From Armatimonadota bacterium (lineage in GTDB: Bacteria > Armatimonadota > Fimbriimonadia > Fimbriimonadales > GBS-DC): 64,000 nt of DNA. The stretch lies in assembly GCA_037444405.1 (NCBI GenBank), contig JBBIML010000010.1, positions 1 through 64,000 on the forward strand, given 5' to 3'. Below, piece by piece: positions 1-10,174 of the stretch (its first letter is position 1; every line of letters begins with the position of its first letter). The notes beneath the pieces were generated by a model. That model did no database searches and was not told where the DNA came from. It saw only the letters and a list, made by a program, of their open reading frames with translations. Made by a program: the position numbers and the translations under genes.

Positions 1-113
1 GGGCGCGGGCGGTAGTGAGGCTTGCAGGCAGCGACGCAGTGGTGAACGGCGCGCTGGAGCGGTTCGGGCAGTTTGCGCAGGAGGTCGTGGAAGGGTTGGG
101 TTTTGCGGCTCAT
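1..113 (-). CDS. Partial hypothetical protein (N-terminus only, runs off window start)
   Basis: ATG at 113-111 opens MSRKTQPFHDLLRKLPEPLQRAVHHCVAACKPHYRPR without a stop; no family recognised; start uncertain because of an upstream SD+ATG at 213 and a G9 tract. Confidence 0.3.
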   Translation of the reverse strand, partial: MSRKTQPFHDLLRKLPEPLQRAVHHCVAACKPHYRPR

Positions 114-313
114 GGCGCCCCCCCCCGCGCAGGCGTGGGTGCTGGACGAGAGCGCCGCCGCGTGGGCGCTCTGCCCGCTTATCAACAATCCGAGCTTCAC
201 ACCGGGCAGGCATTGTTGCCTCCTGCTATAGGCGTCGATTCGCCCTGTTCAGCGCGATTCCTGTCGGTTGGGATTAAACCTGGCGGGCGGCTTCTCCTGC
301 ACCTGCATGAAGG

Positions 314-1510
314 TCAGACGCCCGATTGAGCCATCAGTTGCGCCACATGCTGCACATCTTTATCGCCGCGACCGGACAGATTGATTAAAATCACTGAGTT
401 TTCGGGCAGCTGGGGTGCGAGGGTTTGCAGGTAGGCGAAGGCGTGAGCGCATTCCAGCGCGGGGATGATGCCCTCGTGCCGTGCCAGCCACGCGAACGCG
501 CCCAGCGCCTGCTCGTCCGAAACCGCCACATACTCCGCCCGCCCAATCTCCTTCAGATAGGCGTGCTCGGGACCCACGCCCGGATAGTCCAGCCCTGCGG
601 AGACCGAGTGCGTGGTGCGAATCTGCCCGTTCTCGTCCTGCAGGATGAGGCTTGCGCTGCCGTGCAGGATGCCGTACTCGCCCGCGACGAGGCTGGCAGC
701 ATGCTCGCCCGTTTCGAGCCCCCTGCCCGCCGCCTCCACCCCGATCAGGCGCACCGTTTCATCCTCAATAAAGGGATAGAAGATTCCAATCGCATTACTG
801 CCGCCGCCCACGCACGCCAGCACCACATCGGGCAGGCGACCCGCGTAGGCGATAATCTGCTCCCGCGCCTCGCGCCCGATCACCGCCTGAAAATCGCGCA
901 CCATCGTTGGATACGGATGCGGTCCCACGCAGGAGCCGATGATATAATGGGTCGTGCGCACATTGGTGACCCAGTCGCGGATGGCTTCGCTGGTGGCGTC
1001 TTTGAGCGTGGCGGTGCCGCTCCGGACGGGATGCACCTTCGCGCCCAGCAGCTGCATGCGGAACACATTCAGCGCCTGTCGCGCCATGTCTTCCGCACCC
1101 ATATAGATTTCGCACTCCAGTCCCAGCAGGGCGCAGGCGGTGGCGGTCGCGACGCCGTGCTGACCTGCGCCCGTTTCGGCGATAATGCGCCGCTTGCCCA
1201 TCTTACGCGCCAGCAATGCCTGACCCAGCGCGTTATTGATTTTGTGCGCCCCCGTGTGGCACAGGTCCTCACGCTTCAGATAGACCTGATGACCCGTTGC
1301 GCGGCTGAGATTGAACGCGAAATAGAGCGGCGTCGGGCGCCCTGCAAAGGTGATGAGATAGTAGTTCAGCTCGCGCTGGAAGTCGGGGTCATCGCGAAAG
1401 CGCAGGTAGGCGTCGGTCAGCTCCTCCAGGGCAGGGATGAGCGTTTCGGGCACATATCGCCCCCCATACCGACCAAAATAACCCTTCTCATCGGGCAGTG
1501 TGTAGGTCAT
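314..1510 (-). CDS. trpB: Tryptophan synthase beta chain
   Basis: [28 protein letters not shown] (PLP lysine), [37 protein letters not shown]. Confidence 0.98.
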   Translation of the reverse strand: MTYTLPDEKGYFGRYGGRYVPETLIPALEELTDAYLRFRDDPDFQRELNYYLITFAGRPTPLYFAFNLSRATGHQVYLKREDLCHTGAHKINNALGQALLARKMGKRRIIAETGAGQHGVATATACALLGLECEIYMGAEDMARQALNVFRMQLLGAKVHPVRSGTATLKDATSEAIRDWVTNVRTTHYIIGSCVGPHPYPTMVRDFQAVIGREAREQIIAYAGRLPDVVLACVGGGSNAIGIFYPFIEDETVRLIGVEAAGRGLETGEHAASLVAGEYGILHGSASLILQDENGQIRTTHSVSAGLDYPGVGPEHAYLKEIGRAEYVAVSDEQALGAFAWLARHEGIIPALECAHAFAYLQTLAPQLPENSVILINLSGRGDKDVQHVAQLMAQSGV

Positions 1511-1693
1511 TATGCAGGGGAGTATACCTTAGCACCGCTTCTATCCCTCGCACTCAGCCTCCGACAACCAATCTTCAACCTCTATACCCTCTATCCGACT
1601 AAGTTGTGCGAGGTGGAGGTGTGCTGGAACATGAGCTCGTGCGCTTGGTGGCTCGCACATCGGATTGCAAGGCGGAATTCCCAGATCGCTTTA

Positions 1694-2587
1694 TTATACT
1701 CTCTTCGCCTCTATGCCCAGTAGGTGGGCGGTGAAGAGATACTGGTGCGCCCAGCCTGTCAGCTCGCCGAAGGTGGCGTGGAACCAGTCGGTGATTTCGC
1801 GGTAGGCGCGTTCGGTCAGGGTGCGAGTGCGCAAATGCGGCATCAGCCACTGCCGAATCGCCTGCCACAGGTGGGTGTCGACGGGCACGGCGAGCGGGCT
1901 GTCCAGCCCGAACAGCAGCACACAATCGGCGATTTTGGCGCCGACACCGGGCAGCTGGCACAGTTCGCGCTTCGCCTGCTCGTAGGGCAACGCGCGCAGG
2001 CTTTCGAGCCAGCCCTCGCCACGCGCCAGCAGGGCACGCGCCGATTCAATCAGCATGCGAGCGCGGTAGCCAAAGCCCAGCGCGCGCAACTCCGCCTCCG
2101 AAGCGTTCGCCAGCACCGACGCCTTCGGAAAAGCATGCACGGTCTGGTGGTCTATCTGCGCGATTGGCTCGCCATAGCGCTGGCAGAGCCGCTCAATCAT
2201 GCCAGTGATGCGGGGGATGTTGTTCGCGGGCGTGCAGAGAAACGAGAAGAGGCACTCTTCGGCGTCCAGCCAGCGCATCAGGCGCAAGCCCGGCAGCGCG
2301 TCCACCCATTCGCCCCAGAGCGGATGACAACGAACAAGCCGCGCCTGAATCTGCTTGAGGTCGATCTCCAGCCGAAAGAGGTGGATGAAGGTGGCGATGG
2401 GGTTCTGAGTTTCCGGTGCATGCAGGCACCAGCGTGTGCCAGCAGGGCGCACAAGCAGAATCTGGTTGCCTGCGACACCCAGCCAGGCGTCGTTATCGAG
2501 CGGTCGCCAGCGGAACACCTGCCCGCTCTGAACACACAGCGGCAGGTTCAGCTCGCCCGCAGGCACGGAGAGCCTCTGCTCAATCAT
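1694..2587 (-). CDS. ogg: 8-oxoguanine DNA glycosylase (OGG1-like, HhH-GPD)
   Basis: OGG_N motif SGQVFRW, NNIPRI, GFGYRA, HhH LPGVGAKIADC and PVDTH. Confidence 0.88.
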   Translation of the reverse strand: MIEQRLSVPAGELNLPLCVQSGQVFRWRPLDNDAWLGVAGNQILLVRPAGTRWCLHAPETQNPIATFIHLFRLEIDLKQIQARLVRCHPLWGEWVDALPGLRLMRWLDAEECLFSFLCTPANNIPRITGMIERLCQRYGEPIAQIDHQTVHAFPKASVLANASEAELRALGFGYRARMLIESARALLARGEGWLESLRALPYEQAKRELCQLPGVGAKIADCVLLFGLDSPLAVPVDTHLWQAIRQWLMPHLRTRTLTERAYREITDWFHATFGELTGWAHQYLFTAHLLGIEAKRV

Positions 2588-2606
2588 CTGATGATTCGTG
2601 AAAAAG

Positions 2607-2714
2607 CCCCCTCGCCCACAGCGTGGGAAAGGGGCAAGGGGTGAGAGCTATCCCTCTCCCACAGTCAGAAACTCCCCCTCTCCCACAGCGTGGGAGAGGG
2701 GCAGTGGGTGAGGG
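2607..2714. repeat. Cluster of REP-like palindromes (CCCTCTCCC-loop-GGGAGAGGG plus GGGTGAGGG tail)
   Basis: Two full copies (2607-2647, 2674-2714) sharing CCCACAGCGTGGG and a partial copy at about 2652-2664; same family at 13767, 46692 and 58942. Confidence 0.8.
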
Positions 2715-2716
2715 CA

Positions 2717-3916
2717 TCACCATGTGTCGGTCTTGCCCGGTTCGTTCGGTTGCACGGGCGCGCCGAGCCACGAGAAGGGATAGTTCGGGTCCTCAAACTC
2801 CAGCGCGGCTTTTGTCACCTGCAGCGGGCGGAAAGTATCCATCATCACGGCGAGCTCTTCGGTGCGTGTGGCGCCCAGGCTTGCCTCCACCACGCCCGGC
2901 TGCGGTCCGTGCGGGATGCCCGACGGGTGCAGGGTGATAGAGCCTTCCTCAATCCCGCGCCGACTGCTGAACTTGCGATTCACATAGTACAGCACCTCAT
3001 CGCTGTCGAGGTTGCTGTGGTTGTAGGGCACAGGGATCGCCTGCGGATGGTAGTCCAGCAGGCGCGGGCAGAAGGAGCAGACCACGAAGTTGGGGCCCTG
3101 GAAAGTTTGATGCACGGGCGGCGGCTGATGGATGCGCCCCGTGATCGGCTCGAAGTCGTTGATGTTGAACGCCCACGGATAGACATAGCCATCCCAGCCG
3201 ACCACATCGAAGGGGTGATGCTCATAGTGGTAGGCGTAGACGCGCCCGCGCCGATGGATGCGCACCTCGAAGTCGCCCAGCTCGGTTCGCGTCTCCAGCT
3301 CTTCGGGCACGCGGATGTCCCGCTCGCAGTAGGGCGAATGCTCCAGCAGCTGTCCGTACTCGTTGCGGTAGCGTTTGGGCGTTTCGATCTGCCCGCCGCG
3401 CGCCTCAATCCAGATGAGCTTGGCCGGCAGCGCGTCCAGCACCATGCGCCAGATGGTGCCATGCGGGATGACCAGATAGTCGCCCTCGCGGAAGCGCAGA
3501 TGCCCGAACTGCGTCTCCAGCCTGCCCGTACCCTCATGCACGAAGATGAGGTCGTCACCATCGGCGTTTTTGTAGAAGTAGCTCATCTGCTCGATGGGGC
3601 GACACACCGAAAAGATAACATCCTCGTTGAACATCAGCTCGATGCGCCCCGTGATGGGGTCGCCCTGTGGGGGCATCTCTTTCGTGCGGAAGTGGCGATG
3701 CTGAAGCATCGGCTCCTCGATCGGCTCGATGGTGCGCGTGTAGCAGTGGAAGAACTCCTTCACGCGCGTGGGCGGATAGTAGTGATAGAGGATCGACTGG
3801 ATGCCGGAGAAGCCCTCCGTGCCCAGCACCTCTTCCGCGTAGAGTCCGCCGTCAGGTCGGCGGAACTGCGTATGCCGCTTCGGCGGCACCTGTCCCATGC
3901 GCATATACCACGGCAT
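2717..3916 (-). CDS. hmgA: Homogentisate 1,2-dioxygenase
   Basis: KNADGDDL, HHPFDVVGWDG, IHQPPPVHQTF, PYNHSNLDSDE, TLHPSGIPHGP; start taken at MPWY after GGAGGT. Confidence 0.93.
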   Translation of the reverse strand: MPWYMRMGQVPPKRHTQFRRPDGGLYAEEVLGTEGFSGIQSILYHYYPPTRVKEFFHCYTRTIEPIEEPMLQHRHFRTKEMPPQGDPITGRIELMFNEDVIFSVCRPIEQMSYFYKNADGDDLIFVHEGTGRLETQFGHLRFREGDYLVIPHGTIWRMVLDALPAKLIWIEARGGQIETPKRYRNEYGQLLEHSPYCERDIRVPEELETRTELGDFEVRIHRRGRVYAYHYEHHPFDVVGWDGYVYPWAFNINDFEPITGRIHQPPPVHQTFQGPNFVVCSFCPRLLDYHPQAIPVPYNHSNLDSDEVLYYVNRKFSSRRGIEEGSITLHPSGIPHGPQPGVVEASLGATRTEELAVMMDTFRPLQVTKAALEFEDPNYPFSWLGAPVQPNEPGKTDTW

Positions 3917-4001
3917 TGTGGACACCTCCCATGTTCGTGATGATGGCATCGATTATAGCATGCCGACCGCCATCAGCCCTTCTGGTATAATCCCCCTTGC
4001 T

Positions 4002-7000
4002 ATGCACAAGGGGTACTATCGCTTTCCGACCATCTGTGGCGACAGGGTCGCCTTTGTGTGTGAAGATGATTTGTGGACAGTTTCGGTGGAAGGCGGGATT
4101 GCACGGCGGTTGACCACCAGCCTCAGCGAGGTCATCAGCCCCTGTTATTCGCCAGATGGGCAGTGGCTGGCGTTTGTGGCGCGTGATGAAGGTCAGCCCG
4201 AAGTCTATGTGATGCCAGCGGAAGGGGGCGAGCCGCGCCGATTGACCTATCAGGGCGCCAGTCGCGTGATGGTGGTCGGCTGGACGCCCGACGGCAAAGA
4301 AGTCATCTACGCCAGCAGCGCGGCGCGCCCACCACGGGAGATATGGCTCTGGCGCGTCGCGCTGGAAGGCGGTCTGCCCCAGCAATACCCGTACGGGCTG
4401 GCAAACCATATCGCCTTCGGACCCAACGGCGCAGTTGTGCTGGGACGACACACGGGCGACCCCGCTCGCTGGAAACGCTATCGCGGCGGCACCGCCGGCG
4501 TGTTCTGGATTGACCGCAACGGCACCGGCGAGTTCGAACGCTTCAAACCCGCTGATGGCAACCTCACTGCCCCGATGTGGATCGGCGAACGAATCTATTT
4601 TGTCTCAGACCACGAGGGCATCGCCAACCTCTACTCCTGCCTGCCGGATGGAGGCGACCTGCAACGCCACACGCACCACACCGACTACTATGTGCGTTAT
4701 CCCAGCACCGACGGTAAGCGCATCGTGTACCACGCGGGCGCAGATCTCTATCTGTATGATACGCGTACGGGCGAGAATCGGCGCATCGAGGTGGAGCTGC
4801 GCAGCCCGCGCGTGCAGGCACAGCGCAAGTTCGTGGAAGCCGCCGACTACCTGCAGGAGTACGCGCTCCATCCGAAGGGGCACTCGCTGGTGCTGACCGT
4901 GCGCGGCAAGCCCTTCACGATGGGCAACTGGGAAGGCGCGGTCATCCAGCATGGCGAGCCGCAGGGCGTCCGCTACCGACTCACCCGCTACTTGCACGAC
5001 GGCGAGCGGCTCGTCACTATCTCCGACGCCAGCGGTGAAGAACGACTCGAACTCCACCTGCCCGACGGAACCGTGCAACGCTTCGAAGAGATCGATATCG
5101 GGCACGCCTACCTGCTGGAGGTCTCGCCCGTTGACGACCGCATCGCCCTCACCAATCACCGCTTCGAACTGATGCTGATCGACCTCAAGACAGGCGAGCA
5201 TCGCGTGATTGCCCGCACCGAGCATACCGCCCAGTGGTCTGCCTTCTTCGCCATTGCAGGCGTCGCATGGTCGCCTGACGGACGCTGGCTCGCCTACTCC
5301 ATCTCACCCAACGACCGCACCACCGTCATCAAAATCTACGACACCCAGACCGACACGCACCATGTCATCACCCATCCAGAGTTTCGCGACATCCTGCCCG
5401 ACTGGGACCCCGACGGCGAGCTGCTCTATTTCGTGTCCTATCGGGATTACAACCCCGTGTTTGACAACATGCAGTTTGAGCTGAGTTTCCCGCGCGGGAT
5501 GCGAGTGCTGGGCGTGACGCTGCGGGCGGATGTGCCGAACCCGCTGCTGCCCGCGCCACGACCCCTGCAGGAAGCACCCGAACCAAAAGAGCCATCGCAG
5601 GAGACCCCCTCACCCAGACCCGTGCAGATCGATTTTGAGGGCATCGAAAAGCGTGTGTTCACCATCCCGCTGCCAGAGGGCATCTACGGCACGGTGAAGG
5701 GGCTGGGCAAGGGGCGCCTACTGGTCATCGCCTACCCGATACAGGGCGCACTGGATGAAGAAGAGTGGTTCCGTACCGAGCCGCCCGCAAAAGCCGCGCT
5801 CATCATGTACGACCTGCGCAACGGCAAACAGGAAGAACTGCTCCAGCGCGTGTCGGACTACACCCTCTCGCTGGACCGCACCACGCTGGCGTATCGGTCG
5901 GGCAAGCGGCTGCGCGTGCTGATAGCGGGTCAGAAGCCCGACGAAAAGCATGAGCAGGCGGAGCCCTCGCGCGAGAGCGGCTGGATCGATCTCAGGCGCA
6001 TACGCTGCGCCGTTATCCCCACTGCCGAATGGAAGCAGATGTACCGCGAGGCGTGGCGCCTCCAGCGCGACTACTTCTGGAGCGCCGATATGTCGGGCGT
6101 CGACTGGCAAAAAGTGTATGACCGCTACTATCCCCTGCTGGAGCGTGTCGCCACCCGCAGCGAGTTCTCCGACCTGATGTGGGAGATGCAGGGCGAGCTG
6201 GGCACCTCCCACTGCTACGAGTTCGGCGGCGACTATCGCAAACCACCCGAATATAATGTGGGGCTGCTCGGCGCCGATTTCGAGTGGGACGAGGAAGCGC
6301 AGGCGTACCGTATCGCCCACATCGTGGCGGGCGACCCATGGGTGGAAGGTGGCGACTCGCCCCTGCGCGAGCCAGGCGTGCAGGTGCAAGAAGGCGACTG
6401 GCTGATCGCCATCAACGGGCGACCCCTCACCCGCGACCTCACACCAGGACACCTCCTGCTCCACCTCGCCAACCAGCCCGTGCAGCTGACCATCCGCACC
6501 CGCACCGGCGAAACGCGCCAAGTGGTGACCAGAACACTGGGCGACGAAACCTGGCTGCGCTATCGCGAATGGGTCAACCGCAATCGCGCCTCTGTGCATG
6601 AGCGCACAAATGGTCAGGTCGGCTACCTCCACATCCCCGATATGAGCGCGCGCGGCTTCGCCGAGTTCCATCGGGGCTATCTGGCGGAGCTGGCGTATCC
6701 CGCGCTGATTGTGGATGTGCGGGCGAACGGCGGCGGCTTCGTGTCGCCCCTGCTGCTGGAAAAACTCGCCCGCAAACGGCTCGGCTACGATGTGCCGCGC
6801 TGGGGAAGACCCGTCCCCTACCCCTACGAGTCGCCGATGGGACCCATCGTCGCCCTCACTGACGAACGGGCAGGCTCCGACGGCGACATGTTCAGCCACG
6901 CCTTCAAACTCATGAAGATTGGCATCCTCATCGGCAAGCGCACCTGGGGCGGCGTCATCGGCATCTCGCCCAAATCCATCTTCGTGGATCAGGGGCTAAC

Positions 7001-7232
7001 CACCCAGCCCGAATATGCCTTCTGGTTCATCGATGTGGGCTGGGGCGTCGAAAACTACGGCACCGACCCCGATATCGAAGTGGAGTACGCCCCGCAGGAC
7101 TACATGACAGGACGCGACCCCCAGCTGGAGCGGGCGATTGAGGAGATTCTGAAGCAGATAGAGGCGAATCCGCCGAAACTGCCCAACTTCGAACCACGCC
7201 CGAAGCGACCTCTACCCACCGGGCTGGGCTGA
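4002..7232 (+). CDS. Tricorn protease (S41 family)
   Basis: GYYRFPTI start, WKRYRGGTAG, beta-propeller repeats, PDZ, GYLHIPDM, DVRANGGG, AGSDGD catalytic Ser, GKRTWGG. Confidence 0.95.
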   Translation: MHKGYYRFPTICGDRVAFVCEDDLWTVSVEGGIARRLTTSLSEVISPCYSPDGQWLAFVARDEGQPEVYVMPAEGGEPRRLTYQGASRVMVVGWTPDGKEVIYASSAARPPREIWLWRVALEGGLPQQYPYGLANHIAFGPNGAVVLGRHTGDPARWKRYRGGTAGVFWIDRNGTGEFERFKPADGNLTAPMWIGERIYFVSDHEGIANLYSCLPDGGDLQRHTHHTDYYVRYPSTDGKRIVYHAGADLYLYDTRTGENRRIEVELRSPRVQAQRKFVEAADYLQEYALHPKGHSLVLTVRGKPFTMGNWEGAVIQHGEPQGVRYRLTRYLHDGERLVTISDASGEERLELHLPDGTVQRFEEIDIGHAYLLEVSPVDDRIALTNHRFELMLIDLKTGEHRVIARTEHTAQWSAFFAIAGVAWSPDGRWLAYSISPNDRTTVIKIYDTQTDTHHVITHPEFRDILPDWDPDGELLYFVSYRDYNPVFDNMQFELSFPRGMRVLGVTLRADVPNPLLPAPRPLQEAPEPKEPSQETPSPRPVQIDFEGIEKRVFTIPLPEGIYGTVKGLGKGRLLVIAYPIQGALDEEEWFRTEPPAKAALIMYDLRNGKQEELLQRVSDYTLSLDRTTLAYRSGKRLRVLIAGQKPDEKHEQAEPSRESGWIDLRRIRCAVIPTAEWKQMYREAWRLQRDYFWSADMSGVDWQKVYDRYYPLLERVATRSEFSDLMWEMQGELGTSHCYEFGGDYRKPPEYNVGLLGADFEWDEEAQAYRIAHIVAGDPWVEGGDSPLREPGVQVQEGDWLIAINGRPLTRDLTPGHLLLHLANQPVQLTIRTRTGETRQVVTRTLGDETWLRYREWVNRNRASVHERTNGQVGYLHIPDMSARGFAEFHRGYLAELAYPALIVDVRANGGGFVSPLLLEKLARKRLGYDVPRWGRPVPYPYESPMGPIVALTDERAGSDGDMFSHAFKLMKIGILIGKRTWGGVIGISPKSIFVDQGLTTQPEYAFWFIDVGWGVENYGTDPDIEVEYAPQDYMTGRDPQLERAIEEILKQIEANPPKLPNFEPRPKRPLPTGLG

Positions 7233-7250
7233 ACAAAGTACGGGCGCGGT

Positions 7251-7306
7251 CCCCGCGCCCTGCCTCCAAAATCCCCGCGCCCTGCCTCCAAAATCCCCGC
7301 GCCCTG
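7251..7306. repeat. 22-bp tandem repeat (CCCCGCGCCCTGCCTCCAAAAT, 2.5 copies) overlapping a REP-like hairpin
   Basis: Units at 7251-7272, 7273-7294 and partial 7295-7306; GGGCGCGG-TC-CCCGCGCCC hairpin at the left edge. Confidence 0.9.
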
Positions 7307-7329
7307 TGAACGGGTAAAATCAATCATGA

Positions 7330-8385
7330 ATGGCTGAGCTGAATGTGCATGCGCGTCTGGTAGACCCCGCTCGCCATCGGGACGAGCTGGAGAGCGAGGC
7401 GACTCTGCGTCCGCGCCGCCTGAGCGAGTTCATCGGTCAACAACAACTCAAAGACAACCTCGCCATCTTCATTCAGGCAGCACGAACACGCGGCGAACCG
7501 CTTGACCATGTACTCCTCTTCGGACCGCCAGGACTGGGCAAGACCACCATCGCCACCATCATCGCCAACGAAATGGGCGTGCCCATCCACATCACCTCCG
7601 GTCCCGCGATTGAGCGACCGGGCGATCTGGCGGCAATTCTCACCAGCCTGGAACCTGGACAGGTGCTCTTTATTGATGAAATTCACCGTCTCAGCCGCCC
7701 TGTTGAAGAGGTTCTCTATCCCGCGATGGAAGATTTCCAGATCGATATCGTGCTGGGCAAAGGAGCGGGAGCACGCTCACTCCGCCTCGATCTCCCACCC
7801 TTCACCGTCGTGGGCGCCACCACCCGCGCAGGACTGCTCACCTCACCCCTGCGCGACCGATTCGGCATCATCCACTACTTCCAGTTCTACACGCTGGAGG
7901 AACTGGCGCAGATTGTGCGTCGTTCCGCCCGAATTCTGCGCGTGGAGATTGAAGACGAAGCCGTGCTGGAAATCGCGTCCCGATCGCGCGGCACACCCCG
8001 AATCGCCAACCGCCTGCTGCGCCGCATCCGCGACTTCGCCCAGGTGCTTGGCGACGGCAAAATCACACTGACCATCACCCGCGAATCCCTCCAGCGGCTG
8101 GGCGTGGACGAACGCGGACTGGACGAACTCGACCACAAAATCCTGCGCACCCTCATCGAAAAGTTCGGCGGCGGTCCCGTCGGGCTCGACACCCTCGCCG
8201 CCGCCATTCAGGAAGACCCGGGCACCATAGAAGATATGTACGAGCCGTATCTGATGCAGCTGGGCTTCCTCCAGCGCACCCCACGCGGGCGTGTGGCAAC
8301 CCCGGCAGCCTGGGCGCACCTCCAGCTGGAGCCGCCTCGCACAGGCTGGCAACCCTCGCTGGAACTGGGCAACAGCACGGAATAG
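7330..8385 (+). CDS. ruvB: Holliday junction branch migration helicase RuvB
   Basis: [56 protein letters not shown]. Confidence 0.98.
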   Translation: MAELNVHARLVDPARHRDELESEATLRPRRLSEFIGQQQLKDNLAIFIQAARTRGEPLDHVLLFGPPGLGKTTIATIIANEMGVPIHITSGPAIERPGDLAAILTSLEPGQVLFIDEIHRLSRPVEEVLYPAMEDFQIDIVLGKGAGARSLRLDLPPFTVVGATTRAGLLTSPLRDRFGIIHYFQFYTLEELAQIVRRSARILRVEIEDEAVLEIASRSRGTPRIANRLLRRIRDFAQVLGDGKITLTITRESLQRLGVDERGLDELDHKILRTLIEKFGGGPVGLDTLAAAIQEDPGTIEDMYEPYLMQLGFLQRTPRGRVATPAAWAHLQLEPPRTGWQPSLELGNSTE

Positions 8386-8577
8386 GTGGTAAACCTGCAT
8401 GTCGGCAACGATCGCGATTGCATCCATCGGGTACACTCATTGCGGAACCTGCAAGCGTATAAGTGCGGTCGATAGAGCGGAACCGCTCCCCATAGCGGAC
8501 GAAAACCGTGCTGGTGGGAGCGCAAACCGTTTGTGCCACACGCTGCCCCGTGTGGAACAATCGAGAGGAGGATCTGC

Positions 8578-9426
8578 ATGCGGACGGGATATGTACTGGT
8601 TGCCCTGTTGGCAGCGATGTACAGCTGGGGGAACCCCAGCCTGTTTATGCCGCGCAACAGCTATCTGGTGCGCCCAGTGAGCAGCGCACGCGAGCTGGCG
8701 CAGCAGATTCGCACGGAGCCAGTGGTCGCCCAGCGCTACGCGCGCCACTTCAAACAGCCTGCCTACGCAATTGCTGACTTCTTTGAGAAAAATCTACGCC
8801 TGACCCGCCTGGAGCGCAGCGATGAGTTCTTTGTTTACTACGCACCTCCCGATGGACAGCTGCTGGTCAAGCGCCGGTTACTGCCGCGCGGGAAAGAGGT
8901 GTTCGTGCTGAAAAGCACGGGTAAACCCGTGTTACTGGCGGAGTGCGGCAATCCAATGACGCCCATGGTGAGCCTGCCACAACCGACGGTTGAAGCGCCC
9001 GCTGCGCCTGTGGTTTCTGCAAAATCCACGCCTCTGATCATCGAACCAGCGCCTGATTCGGTGATGCCCACTGTGGAGCTGGTAGAGATCCCCCTGGAGG
9101 AGGCGGTCGCTGCTGACCTGTTCCCACCGGCGGCGCTGAGTGAACTGGAGACGCTGCCCGAAACGGTGCCTGAATCGCCGTCGCCTCTTGCGCCACCCGC
9201 TGAAATGCCAGAGATTCCCATGTCACCCATTCGCCGCAACAACTGGTGGGGCTTAATATCGCTGATTCCGCTCCTTTTCATCAATCAGGGTGGCTCGCCA
9301 GAGGTCATTCCGGAGCCGTCCACCTGGCTCGCGCTCACGGTGGGATGGAGCATGCTCTACACGCTATCGGGCAGGGCGCGCAGGCGATGGAGAAACTCCA
9401 GCCAGCGGGCAGAATCGTCCAGATAG
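8578..9426 (+). CDS. PEP-CTERM sorting domain protein with Pro-rich linker
   Basis: N-terminal signal peptide, CGNP motif, Pro/Glu-rich stalk, C-terminal VIPEPSTWLAL + TM + RARRRWR; SD GAGGAGG. Confidence 0.8.
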   Translation: MRTGYVLVALLAAMYSWGNPSLFMPRNSYLVRPVSSARELAQQIRTEPVVAQRYARHFKQPAYAIADFFEKNLRLTRLERSDEFFVYYAPPDGQLLVKRRLLPRGKEVFVLKSTGKPVLLAECGNPMTPMVSLPQPTVEAPAAPVVSAKSTPLIIEPAPDSVMPTVELVEIPLEEAVAADLFPPAALSELETLPETVPESPSPLAPPAEMPEIPMSPIRRNNWWGLISLIPLLFINQGGSPEVIPEPSTWLALTVGWSMLYTLSGRARRRWRNSSQRAESSR

Positions 9427-10106
9427 TGTTCAGCATAGCGAGTTGCCAGGCTCAACAGCGGGGCGGCGTCGGGAACAGGCGAATCGGGCGGGCTGTCGCG
9501 CTGAACCCAGTCGCGCAGGGTCGTGACCTGCTCGGATGACAGGCGCGTGGCGGTTCGACCGCCTCCGCAACGCGCACAGAGCAGCTGACCCTCATCGGCA
9601 TTCAGCACCCAGCCCTCGTTGGGATCGGCGCGACCGCAGCGAGCGCAGGCGTCGAGCTGCGGGCAGTAGCCCAGCAGAGAGAGCAGTCGCCAGAGCGCCC
9701 AGCCCATCACCGTGAGGCTCTCCTGCACCCGCTCCAGCGCGGTCAGCGCAGCCACCGCGGTCTCATACACAGCGGGTTCCGCATGCTCCTCGGGCAGCCA
9801 GCGGTCAATCAGCTCCAGCAGCGCGAGCGCGGCGCTGAGCCGCTCCAGCTCGCTTCGCACCCTCAAAAAAGTGGAGACCATCTGGGGTTGAACCATCAGC
9901 CGCTGATGGCGACCCTGAACCACGCGCGTGCGCACAATATTGAGCGGCTCCGCCAGCATCCCCATACGGCTGGTCGGTTTATAGGCGCCCTTCACGCGCA
10001 GGCGCAGCTTGCCCTGCTCCCGCGTCAACAGGCTGACCCATTTGTCCGCCTCATGCGCGCCCCAGCGACGCAAAATCAGCCCCTCCACCACCTGCTCCCG
10101 CACCAT
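9357..10106 (-). CDS. recO: DNA repair protein RecO
   Basis: N-terminal OB fold (EGLILRR..EADKWVSLLTREQGK), zinc finger CARC..CARC; 3' end overlaps the convergent PEP-CTERM gene by 70 nt. Confidence 0.9.
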   Translation of the reverse strand: MVREQVVEGLILRRWGAHEADKWVSLLTREQGKLRLRVKGAYKPTSRMGMLAEPLNIVRTRVVQGRHQRLMVQPQMVSTFLRVRSELERLSAALALLELIDRWLPEEHAEPAVYETAVAALTALERVQESLTVMGWALWRLLSLLGYCPQLDACARCGRADPNEGWVLNADEGQLLCARCGGGRTATRLSSEQVTTLRDWVQRDSPPDSPVPDAAPLLSLATRYAEHYLDDSARWLEFLHRLRALPDSV

Positions 10107-10174
10107 CAATCCACCTTCAGCATACCCTTTCCGGACGCAAAATGTGGTATAATACCCTCTGGAAAGGAGCATCG

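Noticed and set aside
1511..1690. T-box or Trp attenuator upstream of trpB
   Set aside because: No T-box consensus or Trp-rich leader peptide; a TATACT -10 lies only 10 nt before the ATG
425..1723. Long antisense ORFs (also 2690-3940, 47027-48940, 43782-45071 and others)
   Set aside because: Shadow frames opposite well-supported genes, expected in high-GC DNA; no motifs
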